Origin: Thermoanaerobaculia bacterium
Lineage (GTDB): Bacteria; Acidobacteriota; Thermoanaerobaculia; UBA5066
DNA length: 64,000 bases
Direction: 5' to 3'
NCBI GenBank assembly: GCA_963719225.1
Contig: CAVRAY010000001.1
Location: 2,496,001 to 2,560,000 of the forward strand
Made by a program: the position numbers and the translations under genes. This document shows, piece after piece, positions 1 to 9,995 of this stretch (positions are counted from its first letter, which is position 1; every line of letters begins with the position of its first letter). Under the pieces are notes generated by a model. It made no database searches, was not told the origin of the DNA, and saw nothing but the letters and a program-made list of their open reading frames with translations.

Positions 1-395
1 AGCCGGTACGCGACCATTAACCGAACGTGCGCCGCCTCGGCGGCATCGATCATCGCCCTGCAATCCTCCTCGGTCACGGCCATCGGCTTCTCGCACAGGA
101 CGTGAACCCCGTGCCGGGCGGCCGCGACGGCGTAATCGCGGTGAAGGTGATTCGGCAGCGCGATGTAGACGGCATCCACCTGCCCGCTCGTGAGCAGGCT
201 TTCGTATTCCTCGTAGGGCAGGAGCAGCGAGGCCCCGTATTTCCGGCCCAGCTTCCGCAGCTTTTTCGGATCGTCCGACACGAGGGCCGTCAGGACAGAG
301 TTTTGAGCGTGGCGGAATCCGGGCAGAACCGCGATCTGCGCGATATAGCCGAGGCCCACGACGGCCCATCGGACCTTTCCGTCTTCGGTGGTCAT
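1..395 (-). CDS. Gfo/Idh/MocA family oxidoreductase (N-terminal part; runs off the window)
   Basis: Manual translation from ATG 395: MTTEDGKVRWAVVGLGYIAQIAVLPGFRHAQ..., a Rossmann GxGxxA motif followed by 'HVLCEKPMA', typical of the family. Confidence 0.85.
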   Translation of the reverse strand, partial: MTTEDGKVRWAVVGLGYIAQIAVLPGFRHAQNSVLTALVSDDPKKLRKLGRKYGASLLLPYEEYESLLTSGQVDAVYIALPNHLHRDYAVAAARHGVHVLCEKPMAVTEEDCRAMIDAAEAAHVRLMVAYR

Positions 396-462
396 TTTTT
401 CACTCCCAGGCAGGTTGCGGAATCGTTCCGGATCAGGGCGCGAGGAACTCGCGACCAACGCG

Positions 463-798
463 CTAGCGCCTCCTCGCGAAATGCCCCACGAGAAGGCCAG
501 CGGCGAACGCGCCGACGGCGACGACGGCCGTGTTGTCATCCGCGTACGCGCTGACGCGCTCGCTGGCATGGGACAGGCGCCGCTTTCCGCGCTTCAGGTA
601 ATCCTGCGCGATGTCCCGTCCCGACGCCGCCGCTTCCTCGGCCGCGCCACGGACTTTCTGACCCAGATCCTTCGCGACATCCTTGCTCCGATCCACGGCG
701 CGATCGAAATCGCTCCTGAACTCACTGCCGATCTTCTGCGCTTCCCTCGCGGCCTTTCGGGCGTCCTGAACAGTCGGGGAATTGAGAATTCCTTCCAT
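463..798 (-). CDS. ElaB/YqjD/DUF883-like tail-anchored membrane protein
   Basis: Charged helical body plus C-terminal 'AVVAVGAFAAGLLVGHFARRR' anchor; GGAGG upstream of ATG 798. Confidence 0.7.
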   Translation of the reverse strand: MEGILNSPTVQDARKAAREAQKIGSEFRSDFDRAVDRSKDVAKDLGQKVRGAAEEAAASGRDIAQDYLKRGKRRLSHASERVSAYADDNTAVVAVGAFAAGLLVGHFARRR

Positions 799-852
799 GG
801 CGGACCTCCGGCGGAGACACCGCAAGATGCGGGCCATTTCCGCCGACAGACG

Positions 853-3800
853 CTATTGGAAGTACCCGCTCACGTCGAGGATCACGTGGGTCGTCCCGGA
901 GACCTGACCGCAGCGGATCTCGAGCGTCCCGTCTCCGAGCGCCGCGACGGTGTTGTCGGCCCTGGTCTGCTGGGCTCCGTAGCTGATCGTCGTGGCGAGA
1001 GGAACCGTCATCCCTTCGGCGAAGACGCTCAGGGTCCCCGGCGCCGTCGCGCCGGTGACCGTCACGTTGAGGAAGACGGCGCGCGCCGTCGACGGAATGC
1101 CGCAGCGGCCGGCGACGTCGAAGGCCCGGGTCGCGTTCGCGGCAAGTGGGGGTCCCCCGAGGGGACCGGCAGGGTTGCGCGTATCAAGCACGCGGCAGGG
1201 CGCAAGCGTATTGAAGCGGGTGGGCGGATTGACGCGGCCGATCCTGCTGCTCCTGAATTCCGTGAACCACAGGTTCCCGTCCGGGCCCTTGGCGATGACG
1301 TAGGGACCGCCGTCCACGGTCGGGATGAAGAACTCCGTGACGACGCCCGAGGGCGTGATGCGGCCGATCCGGTCCCCGTCGAACTCCGTGAACCACAGGT
1401 TCCCGTCCGAGCCGGGGCAGATACCGAAGAGCCGGCTCACGATCGGGAGGGGAAACTCCGTGATCGCGCCGGCCGTCGTGATGCGTCCGATCCTGTTTCC
1501 CGGATTCTCCGTGAACCACAGGTTCCCGTCCGGGCCCGCCGCGATCGCGCTCGAGTTGCTCATGTCCCCGGCGATCGGATGCTCCGTGATCGCCCCGGCC
1601 GTCGTGATGCGTCCGATCTTGTTGGCCTGCTCCGTGAACCACAGCGCTCCGTCGGGACCCGCCGCGATCCCGTAAGGACCGCTCGCCACCGTCGGCACCG
1701 GATACTCGGTGAAGACCCCGGCCGTCGTGACGCGCCCGATCTTGTTTGCGGAAGGCTCGGTGAACCACAGGGCGCCGTCGGGACCCGCGACGATCGACCG
1801 CACGCCGCTCGAAGTCGGCGGCAGGAAGCTTCGTCGCCACCCCCGCCGTCGTCACCCGCGTCACCCCGTTGAGCCCCGCGATCCAGAGGTTGCCGTCCGG
1901 CCCCGCCGCGATGCTGTCGGACTGGCCGACGGCGACCGGAAACGTCGTAATCGTCCCGGTCGTCGTGATCCGGCCGACCTTCCCGAGCCAGTCCGTGAAC
2001 CACACCGCCCCGTCCGGCCCAGCCACGATCCCCGCCGGCTGCCCCAGCGCGGGCAGCGGGTACTCCTTGTCGATCTGGAGGGAGGAAGGACTTCCGGCGG
2101 CGAGCTTTCCGATCCTGCTCGTCCTGAATTCCGTGAACCACAGGTTTCCGTCCGGGCCCCTGGCGATGACGTAGGGACCGCCGTCCACGGTCGGGATGAA
2201 GAACTCCGTGACGACGCCCGAGGGCGTGATGCGGCCGATCCGGTCCCCGTCGAACTCCGTGAACCACAGGTTCCCGTCCGAGCCGGGGCAGATACCGAAG
2301 AGCCGGCTCACGATCGGGAGGGGAAACTCCGTGATCGCGCCGGCCGTCGTGATGCGTCCGATCCTGTTTCCCGGATTCTCCGTGAACCACAGGTTCCCGT
2401 CCGGGCCCGCCGCGATCGCGCTCGAGTTGCTCATGTCCCCGGCGATCGGATGCTCCGTGATCGCCCCGGCCGTCGTGATGCGTCCGATCTTGTTGGCCTG
2501 CTCCGTGAACCACAGCGCTCCGTCGGGACCCGCCGCGATCCCGTAAGGACCGCTCGCCACCGTCGGCACCGGATACTCGGTGAAGACCCCGGCCGTCGTG
2601 ACGCGCCCGATCTTGTTTGCGGAAGGCTCGGTGAACCACAGGGCGCCGTCGGGACCCGCGACGATCGACCGCACGCCGCTCGAAGTCGGCGGCAGGAAGT
2701 TCGTCGCCACCCCCGCCGTCGTCACCCGCGTCACCCCGTTGAGCCCCGCGATCCAGAGGTTGCCGTCCGGCCCCGCCGCGATGCTGTCGGACTGGCCGAC
2801 GGCGACCGGAAACGTCGTAATCGTCCCGGTCGTCGTGATCCGGCCGACCTTCCCGAGCCAGTCCGTGAACCACACCGCCCCGTCCGGCCCAGCCACGATC
2901 CCCGCCGGCTGCCCCAGCGCGGGCAGCGGGTACTCCTTGTCGATCTGGAGGGAGGAAGGACTTCCGGCGGCGAGCTTTCCGATCCTGCTCGTCCTGAATT
3001 CCGTGAACCACAGGTTTCCGTCCGGGCCCCTGGCGATGACGTAGGGACCGCCGTCCACGGTCGGGATGAAGAACTCCGTGACGACGCCCGAGGGCGTGAT
3101 GCGGCCGATCCGGTCCCCGTCGAACTCCGTGAACCACAGGTTCCCGTCCGAGCCGGGGCAGATACCGAAGAGCCGGCTCACGATCGGGAGGGGAAACTCC
3201 GTGATCGCGCCGGCCGTCGTGATGCGTCCGATCCTGTTTCCCGGATTCTCCGTGAACCACAGGTTCCCGTCCGGGCCCGCCGCGATCGCGCTCGAGTTGC
3301 TCATGTCCCCGGCGATCGGATGCTCCGTGATCGTCCCGGCCGTCGTGATGCGTCCGATCTTGTTGGCCTGCTCCGTGAACCACAGCGCTCCGTCGGGACC
3401 CGCCGCGATCCCGTAAGGACCGCTCGCCACCGTCGGCACCGGATACTCGGTGAAGACCCCGGCCGTCGTGACGCGCCCGATCTTGTTTGCGGAAGGCTCG
3501 GTGAACCACAGGGCGCCGTCGGGACCCGCGACGATCGACCGCACGCCGCCCGAAGTCGGCGGCAGGAAGTTCGTCGCAACCCCCGCGGTCGTCACCCGCG
3601 TCACGCCGTTGAGCCCCGCGATCCAGAGGTTGCCGTCCGGTCCCGCCGCGATGCTGTCGGACTGGCCGACGGCGACCGGAAACGACGTGATCGTCCCGGT
3701 CGTCGTGATGCGGCCGACCTTCCCGAGCCAGTCCGTGAACCACACCGCCCCGTCCGGCCCTGCCACGATCCCCGCCGGCTGCCCCAGCGCGGGCAGCGGA

Positions 3801-3871
3801 TATTCGACCGGCTGCGCCCCGAGCGTGCCGGCGGCCAGCAATACCGCGGCTGCCAAAAAGTCCTTTGTCAC
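853..3871 (-). CDS. Secreted Vgb-like beta-propeller protein (three 7-bladed units plus a C-terminal domain), interrupted by a 1-nt insertion at ~1829
   Basis: Signal peptide (VTKDFLAAAVLLAAGTLGA), 21 GPDGxxWF-type blades, C-terminal PCRVLDTR...ILDVSGYFQ domain; ORFs 1184..3961 and 853..1803 join if the extra C at 1829 is removed. Confidence 0.8.
1238..3805. repeat. Near-identical tandem triplication of a ~870-bp unit
   Basis: Identical blocks recur at offsets of 871 and 870 bp (1238/2109/2979; shadow ORFs at 1325/2196/3066). Confidence 0.95.
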
Positions 3872-3888
3872 GCGCACTGTGTGCCTAC

Positions 3889-3975
3889 TGGTGCCGGAGG
3901 AGGGAGTCGAACCCTCACGGCCTTGTGGACCGGGGGATTTTGAGTCCCCTGCGTCTGCCATTCCGCCACTCCGGC
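3889..3975 (-). tRNA. tRNA-Leu (CAA)
   Basis: GCCGGAGTGGCGGAATGGCAGACGCAGGGGACTCAAAATCCCCC...GAGGGTTCGACTCCCTCCTCCGGCACCA: acceptor stem, CAA anticodon, long variable arm, TTCGA T-loop, encoded CCA. Confidence 0.97.
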
Positions 3976-3989
3976 GCGCCGGGGAGAGT

Positions 3990-4460
3990 CTACTGCCAGT
4001 CGAGCCGGACGTTGCGGTGGAGATGCGCGGCGGCGGAGCCCGCGATCGTGCCGAGCACGTTCCAGAATATGTCGTTCACGTCGGTCGCGCGCGTCGGCAG
4101 GAAGAGCTGGACCATCTCGATACCCACGCTGAACAGCGTCCCCGCGAGCAGGACTTCTCCGTGGTTGCGGAGGGAGGAGCGGCCGGGGCCGTCGAGGAAC
4201 TTCCACAGCAGGAAGGCCCATCCCGCGAACATCGCGAGATTCCCGACGAGCCCGACGATCGCGTAGAGAAACGCGTTCGACATGTACCCGCCGCGCCCGG
4301 CGCGTAGGACGAGGCGCTGGATGTCGTCGAACGGCGCGAGATTCGTGCGCACGGCTCCGCCCCCCTGCACGAGGAGCGTCACGGCGAGGAGGAGTCCCGA
4401 GTACGAGGCCAGAAGGACGCCTTGAACGCCCTTGCCTACGCGGATGGTGTGCGGAAGCAC
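3990..4460 (-). CDS. VanZ family membrane protein
   Basis: NLAPF...GNLAMF...SVGIEMVQLFLPTRATDVNDIFWNVLG motifs. Confidence 0.85.
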   Translation of the reverse strand: MLPHTIRVGKGVQGVLLASYSGLLLAVTLLVQGGGAVRTNLAPFDDIQRLVLRAGRGGYMSNAFLYAIVGLVGNLAMFAGWAFLLWKFLDGPGRSSLRNHGEVLLAGTLFSVGIEMVQLFLPTRATDVNDIFWNVLGTIAGSAAAHLHRNVRLDWQ

Positions 4461-4516
4461 GGCGGGAGATTACGCCGGGAGTCCGCCGCGCCGAAACGCT
4501 CTGAGAAAATGGCGGG

Positions 4517-6073
4517 ATGCGCGCGACTGGCTTCGGAGACCCGCCTCCGCGGCTGTCCCCGGGAGCCCTGCTTCTCCTCGCCGCCATCGCGGCTCTCGCG
4601 CGTGTCCACGTCCTCGTCGAACCCGACGGAATGGTCCTCGGCTGGCGGCAGGCCGACATGCTGAGCGTGGCCCGGAACTACTTCCGAAACGGCTTCCACC
4701 TCTTCTTCCCGCAAATCGACTGGGGCGGCGCCGGTCCCGGCTTCCTCGAGATGGAGCTGCCGATCGTGTCGTTCCTGACGGCGATTCTCTGGAAGCTGTT
4801 CGGTCCGCACGAGCTCCTGGCGGGCATGATCCCCGTCGTCTGCGGGATCGGAACGGTGGTCGTCCTGGCGCGACTCGTCACGCGGCTCGCCGGCCCGGCC
4901 GCCGGCTTCGCGGCGGGGCTCTTCGCGGCCGCGTCTCCCCTCTTCGCGTGGTACGGGACCACTTTTCAGGAAGAGGCCCCGATGCTGTTCGCGTCCGTCC
5001 TCGCGGTCGACGCGATGGAGCGCTGGGTCGAGACGGACTCCCTTCGGGACCTCGTTCTCGCGGGGCTCTTCACGAGTCTGGCCGTGCTCGTCAAGGCGAC
5101 CGCGCTTCTCATCGGCCTCCCTCTCCTCTACCTGTTCTGGGAAAAATGGCGTTGGAGTCTCCTCAAGCGGAGAACCTTCTGGATCTTCGGCACGCTCGTG
5201 GTGCTCGCGCCAGTTCTTTGGTATTGGCACGCGCACGGCCTCTACCTGAAATGGGGAAACACTTTCGGCGTTCTGTCGGGCGGATACGACAAGCTGGCGC
5301 GCCGCGACGTTCTTCTGTCGTCCAAGTTCTGGCTCCGCATCCCCGCACGCGCCTGTGTCTATCTCCTGACGCCCCTGGGGGCTCTTCTCTTCCTCGCCGG
5401 CGCGCGGCGGCGGACGCCGGGGGCTGCTCCGTTGCTGCTCCACGCATGGCTCGTCGCATTTCTCGTCTACGTCTTCGTCGTGGCGCGCGGGAATCAGGAA
5501 ATGGACTATTACCAGCTTCCCCTCCTGCCCGCGGCGGCGGCTTTCGCCGGAATCGGCCTTGCCGAAGCGGCCGGCCGTCTCGGGTCGTGGCCGCTACGGG
5601 GCGTTCTCGCCCTCCTTCTGACCGCCAACTTCGCGGCCGCGCGCCACGTCTACCTCGCCCGCGCGGCGCGCGAGATCGTGAGAGACGGGCGCGCCAATCG
5701 GGGCGTGGGACGTGCGGTGGCGCGCGCCACGGAGCCCGGGTCGCTTCTGATCGTCACGACGGGCTACGGCGGAAGCCGGAGGCCTGACGAGATCGACACG
5801 CCTCCGGAGGTTTTCTACCACGCGGATCGTCGCGGATGGTTCGTCTCGCTCCACTGGCTGACGCCCGGAGCCGTCACGGTTCGCCGCGAACAGGGAGCAC
5901 GCTATCTCGTGGTCCCCGGCGAAGCTCTCGCGGACTTTCGCGAATCCGAATCGGCCGGCGCGCTCTTCGCGCGGTATCCCCGGCGCGTCGACACGCCGGA
6001 TCTCCTCATTCTCGATCTCGACGTCGATCGAACGTTGACGGAGGGCGCAGGCCTCCGGACAATGCCTCCGTGA
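4517..6073 (+). CDS. ArnT/PMT-like (GT39/GT83) membrane glycosyltransferase
   Basis: WRQAD...ARNY N-terminal motif and many TM segments. Confidence 0.8.
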   Translation: MRATGFGDPPPRLSPGALLLLAAIAALARVHVLVEPDGMVLGWRQADMLSVARNYFRNGFHLFFPQIDWGGAGPGFLEMELPIVSFLTAILWKLFGPHELLAGMIPVVCGIGTVVVLARLVTRLAGPAAGFAAGLFAAASPLFAWYGTTFQEEAPMLFASVLAVDAMERWVETDSLRDLVLAGLFTSLAVLVKATALLIGLPLLYLFWEKWRWSLLKRRTFWIFGTLVVLAPVLWYWHAHGLYLKWGNTFGVLSGGYDKLARRDVLLSSKFWLRIPARACVYLLTPLGALLFLAGARRRTPGAAPLLLHAWLVAFLVYVFVVARGNQEMDYYQLPLLPAAAAFAGIGLAEAAGRLGSWPLRGVLALLLTANFAAARHVYLARAAREIVRDGRANRGVGRAVARATEPGSLLIVTTGYGGSRRPDEIDTPPEVFYHADRRGWFVSLHWLTPGAVTVRREQGARYLVVPGEALADFRESESAGALFARYPRRVDTPDLLILDLDVDRTLTEGAGLRTMPP

Positions 6074-7377
6074 CGCCCTCGCCGACCTCGCCGACGCGCA
6101 CCACGGCCGTGCCCGCGCACGAGGGCTTCTTCGTCTCGGAGTTCCTGGGCGAGACGGTGCGGGACGTGGCGCGGCACCCGGTCGGAAAGATCTCGGACTT
6201 CGCCGTCGCCACGACCACGCGCGCCCCGTTTCCGCGGGTCACGGGCCTCCTCATCCGCGACCGCTTCGAGACGTTCGTTCTGCCCTGGGAGGACGTCGCC
6301 ATTTTCCAGCGCGGCGCCGTGCGGACGCGGCTCGTGAGGGAGGACCTCCTGCACCGTCCCGCGGGGGAAGACGAGATCTTCCTCGCGCGCCACCTGCTCG
6401 ACAAGCAGATCGTGGACATCAACGGCGTGAAGGTCGTGCGCGTGAACGACCTCAAGCTGGACGTCCTGTCGGGCGATCTCGTCCTCACCGCCGCCGACGT
6501 GGGCGTGCGCGGCCTCATCAGGAGAGTCTTCGGCGCGGGTGTCACGCCGCGCGGGGGAAGGCTCTCCGACGCGTCTCTTCCGGCCCGGCTCATCCCGTGG
6601 GACTCGATGCAGCCGCTCCACGGGCGCCTCGAGCGCCTCGAGACCACGATGCCGCAGGAGAAGCTCCAGCGGCTCCATCCGGCCGATATCGCGGACATCC
6701 TGAGCCAGGTGTCCGGCACGGAGCGAACCGGGATCTTCCAGAAGCTGAAGGTCGAGACGGCCGCCGAGACGCTGCACGAGCTGGAGCCCGAGATGCAGGC
6801 GGAGATCATCGAGGACCTGCCCGAGAGGCGCGCTTCGGAGATCCTCGAGCAGATGCCGGCCGACGAGGCCGCGGACGTCCTCGGCGAGATCGAGGGCGAG
6901 CACGCCCGGGACCTCGTCCAGCTCATGGAAAAGGGCGCCGCCGAAGAGGTGACCGAGCTGCTCGTGCACGACGAGAACACGGCCGGAGGCCTCATGGGGA
7001 CGGACTTCGTCACGTTCCCGCCGACTCTCACCGTGCGCGAGACCCTCACGCGCCTGAGGCCCGTGGCCCGCGATGCCGAGGCGCTCTTCTACTTCTACGT
7101 CGTCGACGAGAAGGAGCGCGTCCTGGGCGCGCTCTCGGTGCGCGACATCCTCGCCGCCGACGACGACGCGTTTCTCGAGAGTGCCATGGTGGCCCCCGTG
7201 CGGACCGTCACGCCGGACGTCTCGGCCGACGAGGTCGCCGAGACGATGTCCAAGTACGACCTCCTCGCCCTGCCCGTGACGGATCCCGAAGGGGTCCTCG
7301 TCGGCATCATCACGATCGACGACGTCGTCGACCGGCTCCAGCCCCAGCCTCGCCGGCACCGGGGGAGGCTCAGGTGA
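6070..7377 (+). CDS. MgtE cytosolic-domain protein (PRC barrel, MgtE_N, tandem CBS; no TM domain)
   Basis: LHPADIAD, TAGGLM, KYDLLALPV, GIITIDD; GTG start overlaps upstream stop. Confidence 0.85.
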   Translation: MTPSPTSPTRTTAVPAHEGFFVSEFLGETVRDVARHPVGKISDFAVATTTRAPFPRVTGLLIRDRFETFVLPWEDVAIFQRGAVRTRLVREDLLHRPAGEDEIFLARHLLDKQIVDINGVKVVRVNDLKLDVLSGDLVLTAADVGVRGLIRRVFGAGVTPRGGRLSDASLPARLIPWDSMQPLHGRLERLETTMPQEKLQRLHPADIADILSQVSGTERTGIFQKLKVETAAETLHELEPEMQAEIIEDLPERRASEILEQMPADEAADVLGEIEGEHARDLVQLMEKGAAEEVTELLVHDENTAGGLMGTDFVTFPPTLTVRETLTRLRPVARDAEALFYFYVVDEKERVLGALSVRDILAADDDAFLESAMVAPVRTVTPDVSADEVAETMSKYDLLALPVTDPEGVLVGIITIDDVVDRLQPQPRRHRGRLR

Positions 7378-8666
7378 TCGCGCCAGCCGCCGAGACGCCC
7401 CCTTCGCGCCCCGACGTCCGCGACTGGAAGCGTCGCGCGACGCTCTTTCTCGCGATCCTCGGGCCCGGGATCATCACGGCGAACGTCGACAACGACGCGG
7501 GCGGCATCGCGACGTACTCCATCGCGGGCGCCCACTTCGGCTATTCGCTGCTCTGGACGCTCGTCCCCATCACGATCGCCCTCATCGTCGTGCAGGAGAT
7601 GTCCGCGCGCCTCGGCGCCATCACGGGGAAGGGCCTCGGCGAGCTCATCCGCGAGAACTACGGCCTCCGGGCGACGTTCTACCTGCTCGTCGCCCTCCTC
7701 GTGACGGATATCGGAAACACGGTCGCCGAATTCGCCGGCTGGGCGGCCGCGCTCGAGATCTTCGGGATCCCGCGCCTCGTCTCGGTGCCGGTCGGCGCGT
7801 TCGTCGTGTGGTGGATCGTCGTCAAAGGGAACTACAAGTCCGTCGAGAAGGTCTTCCTGATCGCCTGCACGGTCTACCTGACGTACATCGTCTCGGCGCT
7901 GTTCGCGAAACCCTCCTGGAAGGACGTCCTCAAGCAGACCTTCGAGCCGCGGATCGAGTCGAGCGCGGCGTGGATCCTGATGATCATCGGCCTCGTCGGG
8001 ACGACGATCGCGCCGTGGATGCAGTTCTATCTCCAGGCCTCGATCGTGGAGAAGCGAATCGGTCCCGAGGAATACAAGCTCTCGCGCTGGGACGTCATCC
8101 TCGGGTGCATCTTCGCGGCGGTGGTCGCGTTCTTCATCGTCGTCGCCTGCGGCGCGACGCTCTTCCCGCAGGGCATCCGCATCGAAGGCGCGGAGCAGGC
8201 CGCGATCGCCCTCGAGCCGCTCGCGGGGAAATGGGCGAAGGCGTTGTTCGCCTTCGGGCTGGCGAACGCGTCGCTCTTCGCGGCGTCCATCCTGCCGCTC
8301 GCGACGGCCTACTCCATCTGCGAGGGGCTCGGGTTCGAGGCCGGCGTGAACAAGACGTGGAGCGAGGCGCCCCAGTTCAACACGCTCTACACCGGAATGA
8401 TCGTGATCGGCGCCGGCGTCATCCTGATTCCCGGTATTCCCCTCTTCCCGGTCCTCTTCCTCTCGCAGGTGCTGAACGGGCTGCTCCTGCCGTTCGTCCT
8501 CGTCTTCATGTGCCTTCTCATCAACCGCGAGGACCTCATGGGCGAATACGTGAATGGGCGCGTCTGGAACTGGGTGGCGTGGGGGACGTGCCTCGTCATG
8601 ATCGGACTGACGCTCGTCCTCGTCGTCGCGACGCTCTGGCCCGGGCTGTTCCCGGCGAGCCCCTAG
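7374..8666 (+). CDS. NRAMP-related (NRMT-type) divalent metal/Mg2+ transporter
   Basis: GPGIITANVDNDAGGIATYS and GTTIAPWMQF motifs; GTGA coupling to the upstream gene. Confidence 0.88.
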   Translation: MIAPAAETPPSRPDVRDWKRRATLFLAILGPGIITANVDNDAGGIATYSIAGAHFGYSLLWTLVPITIALIVVQEMSARLGAITGKGLGELIRENYGLRATFYLLVALLVTDIGNTVAEFAGWAAALEIFGIPRLVSVPVGAFVVWWIVVKGNYKSVEKVFLIACTVYLTYIVSALFAKPSWKDVLKQTFEPRIESSAAWILMIIGLVGTTIAPWMQFYLQASIVEKRIGPEEYKLSRWDVILGCIFAAVVAFFIVVACGATLFPQGIRIEGAEQAAIALEPLAGKWAKALFAFGLANASLFAASILPLATAYSICEGLGFEAGVNKTWSEAPQFNTLYTGMIVIGAGVILIPGIPLFPVLFLSQVLNGLLLPFVLVFMCLLINREDLMGEYVNGRVWNWVAWGTCLVMIGLTLVLVVATLWPGLFPASP

Positions 8667-9995
8667 CAGGCTGCTGAAGAAAGGGCTCTTTTTCAAAGGA
8701 GCTTGAGCGGGAGAAGACACGTCAAGCTGAAAGAGGGGATTGCTTCGAGAGAGTGAGTCCGTGCTGCTCGCCTTTTTCGGCCCGCTTCGGTCGCACCGAG
8801 GGGCGCTTCAGGGGGAATCAGGCGGTCGAGGACTCCATTCGCGCCATTCGGACGAGGTTGTAGGCCGTCATCACGCTGAGGACGTGAGCCGCCACGCGGG
8901 CGAGTCCTCGGAAGCGCGTCTTGGCCAGGCCTCCGATGGTCTTACTCCAGCCGAAGATTTCTTCGACGCGCTTCCTGATTCGCTGGCTCACGGCGTAGCC
9001 CGCGTGTCTCGTCGTCCTTCGGTCGATGGCGCTGCGCCTGTTGGTGGTGTTCTGGGCCACGTGGGGCGTGACGCCTCTCTCTCGGAGCCTTTCGATGAAA
9101 TCCCTCGTGTCGTAGCCCTTGTCGCCGGCCAGCGTGATGCGCTTGTCCGAGCCCAGCTCGTCGACCATGCCCAGTGCGGCCGACCTCTCCCCGTAGCCGT
9201 CGGCCGTCGTTACGCGCGCCTTCACGCACAGTCCGTTTCTGTTCTCCATCAAGACGTGGCCGAGGTAGCACAGCTGCGAAGGCTGGCCGTCTCCCTTCTT
9301 GTAGAGCTTGGCGTCGGGATCGGTCGTCGAGGCGTGCGTGTCGTTGCGCCTCTTCTGGCCGCGAAAGTCGACATCGGCGTTGCGGCCGCCAGGAGCTGGC
9401 GGCTCATCGCCGCCCTTACCGTCCTTGTCCTTCCGGGGCTGGAAGCTCTTCAAGGAGGCGTTCGCTTCGATCAGCGTGCCGTCCACGGTGAAGTGCTCGT
9501 CCGAGAGAAGAAACTTCTTGCGGGCCTGTGCGACGACTTCCGAGAAGAACTCCTCGAAGACCTCGGCCTCCAACAGTCTCTGGCGGTTCTTCGAGAAGGT
9601 CGTCGGATCGAAGGCCGGTGCAAGCCCCGGCATGTCCAGGAACCAGCGGAAGAGAAAGTCGTACCCGAGCCGCTCGCAGAAGAGCCGCTCGCTTCTCACG
9701 CTGTACAGCGCGATGAGGATCTGCGCCTTGAGAAGCATCTCGGGCGGAATCGATGGACGCCCTCGCTCCGAGTACAGCCTGGCGAGCTTGGGCTCGAGAC
9801 GCCTGAGCGCTTCGTCTGCAAGCGCCTTCACCTTGCGGATCGGGTGGTCCCGCGGCACGAGCTCCTCGGGCGTCATCGTCACGACAAGATCGACCTGCTT
9901 TTCGTTGTCTCCACGCATGCACACCAAGGTGCAGCCGCATCGCGCAGCAGTCAATGCCTCGCCGCGATTTTCAGGAGCCCTTTTTCAGCAGCCTG
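8667..9995 (-). mobile_element. IS5-family insertion sequence (~1.33 kb) with CTAG target duplication
   Basis: Terminal IRs CAGGCTGCTGAAGAAAGGGCTC (8667-8688) and GAGCCCTTTTTCAGCAGCCTG (9975-9995); CTAG at 8663-8666 and 9996-9999. Confidence 0.93.
8818..9918 (-). CDS. IS5-family DDE transposase
   Basis: GRPSIPPE, RSER, VDGTLI, ADKGY-like (GDKGYD), RKRVEEIFG motifs; intact ORF. Confidence 0.93.
   Translation of the reverse strand: MRGDNEKQVDLVVTMTPEELVPRDHPIRKVKALADEALRRLEPKLARLYSERGRPSIPPEMLLKAQILIALYSVRSERLFCERLGYDFLFRWFLDMPGLAPAFDPTTFSKNRQRLLEAEVFEEFFSEVVAQARKKFLLSDEHFTVDGTLIEANASLKSFQPRKDKDGKGGDEPPAPGGRNADVDFRGQKRRNDTHASTTDPDAKLYKKGDGQPSQLCYLGHVLMENRNGLCVKARVTTADGYGERSAALGMVDELGSDKRITLAGDKGYDTRDFIERLRERGVTPHVAQNTTNRRSAIDRRTTRHAGYAVSQRIRKRVEEIFGWSKTIGGLAKTRFRGLARVAAHVLSVMTAYNLVRMARMESSTA

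Noticed and set aside
1238-3805. Possible CRISPR array or DGR template/variable repeat
   Set aside because: Units are ~870-bp coding duplications with no spacers, no adenine-specific variation pattern and no cas or reverse transcriptase gene.
1-3889. Integrative island at the tRNA-Leu 3' end
   Set aside because: No integrase and no duplicated tRNA 3' end (att) within the window; cannot be excluded beyond the left edge.
3872-3961. N-terminal extension of ORF 1184..3961
   Set aside because: It overlaps tRNA-Leu; the signal peptide begins at GTG ~3871.
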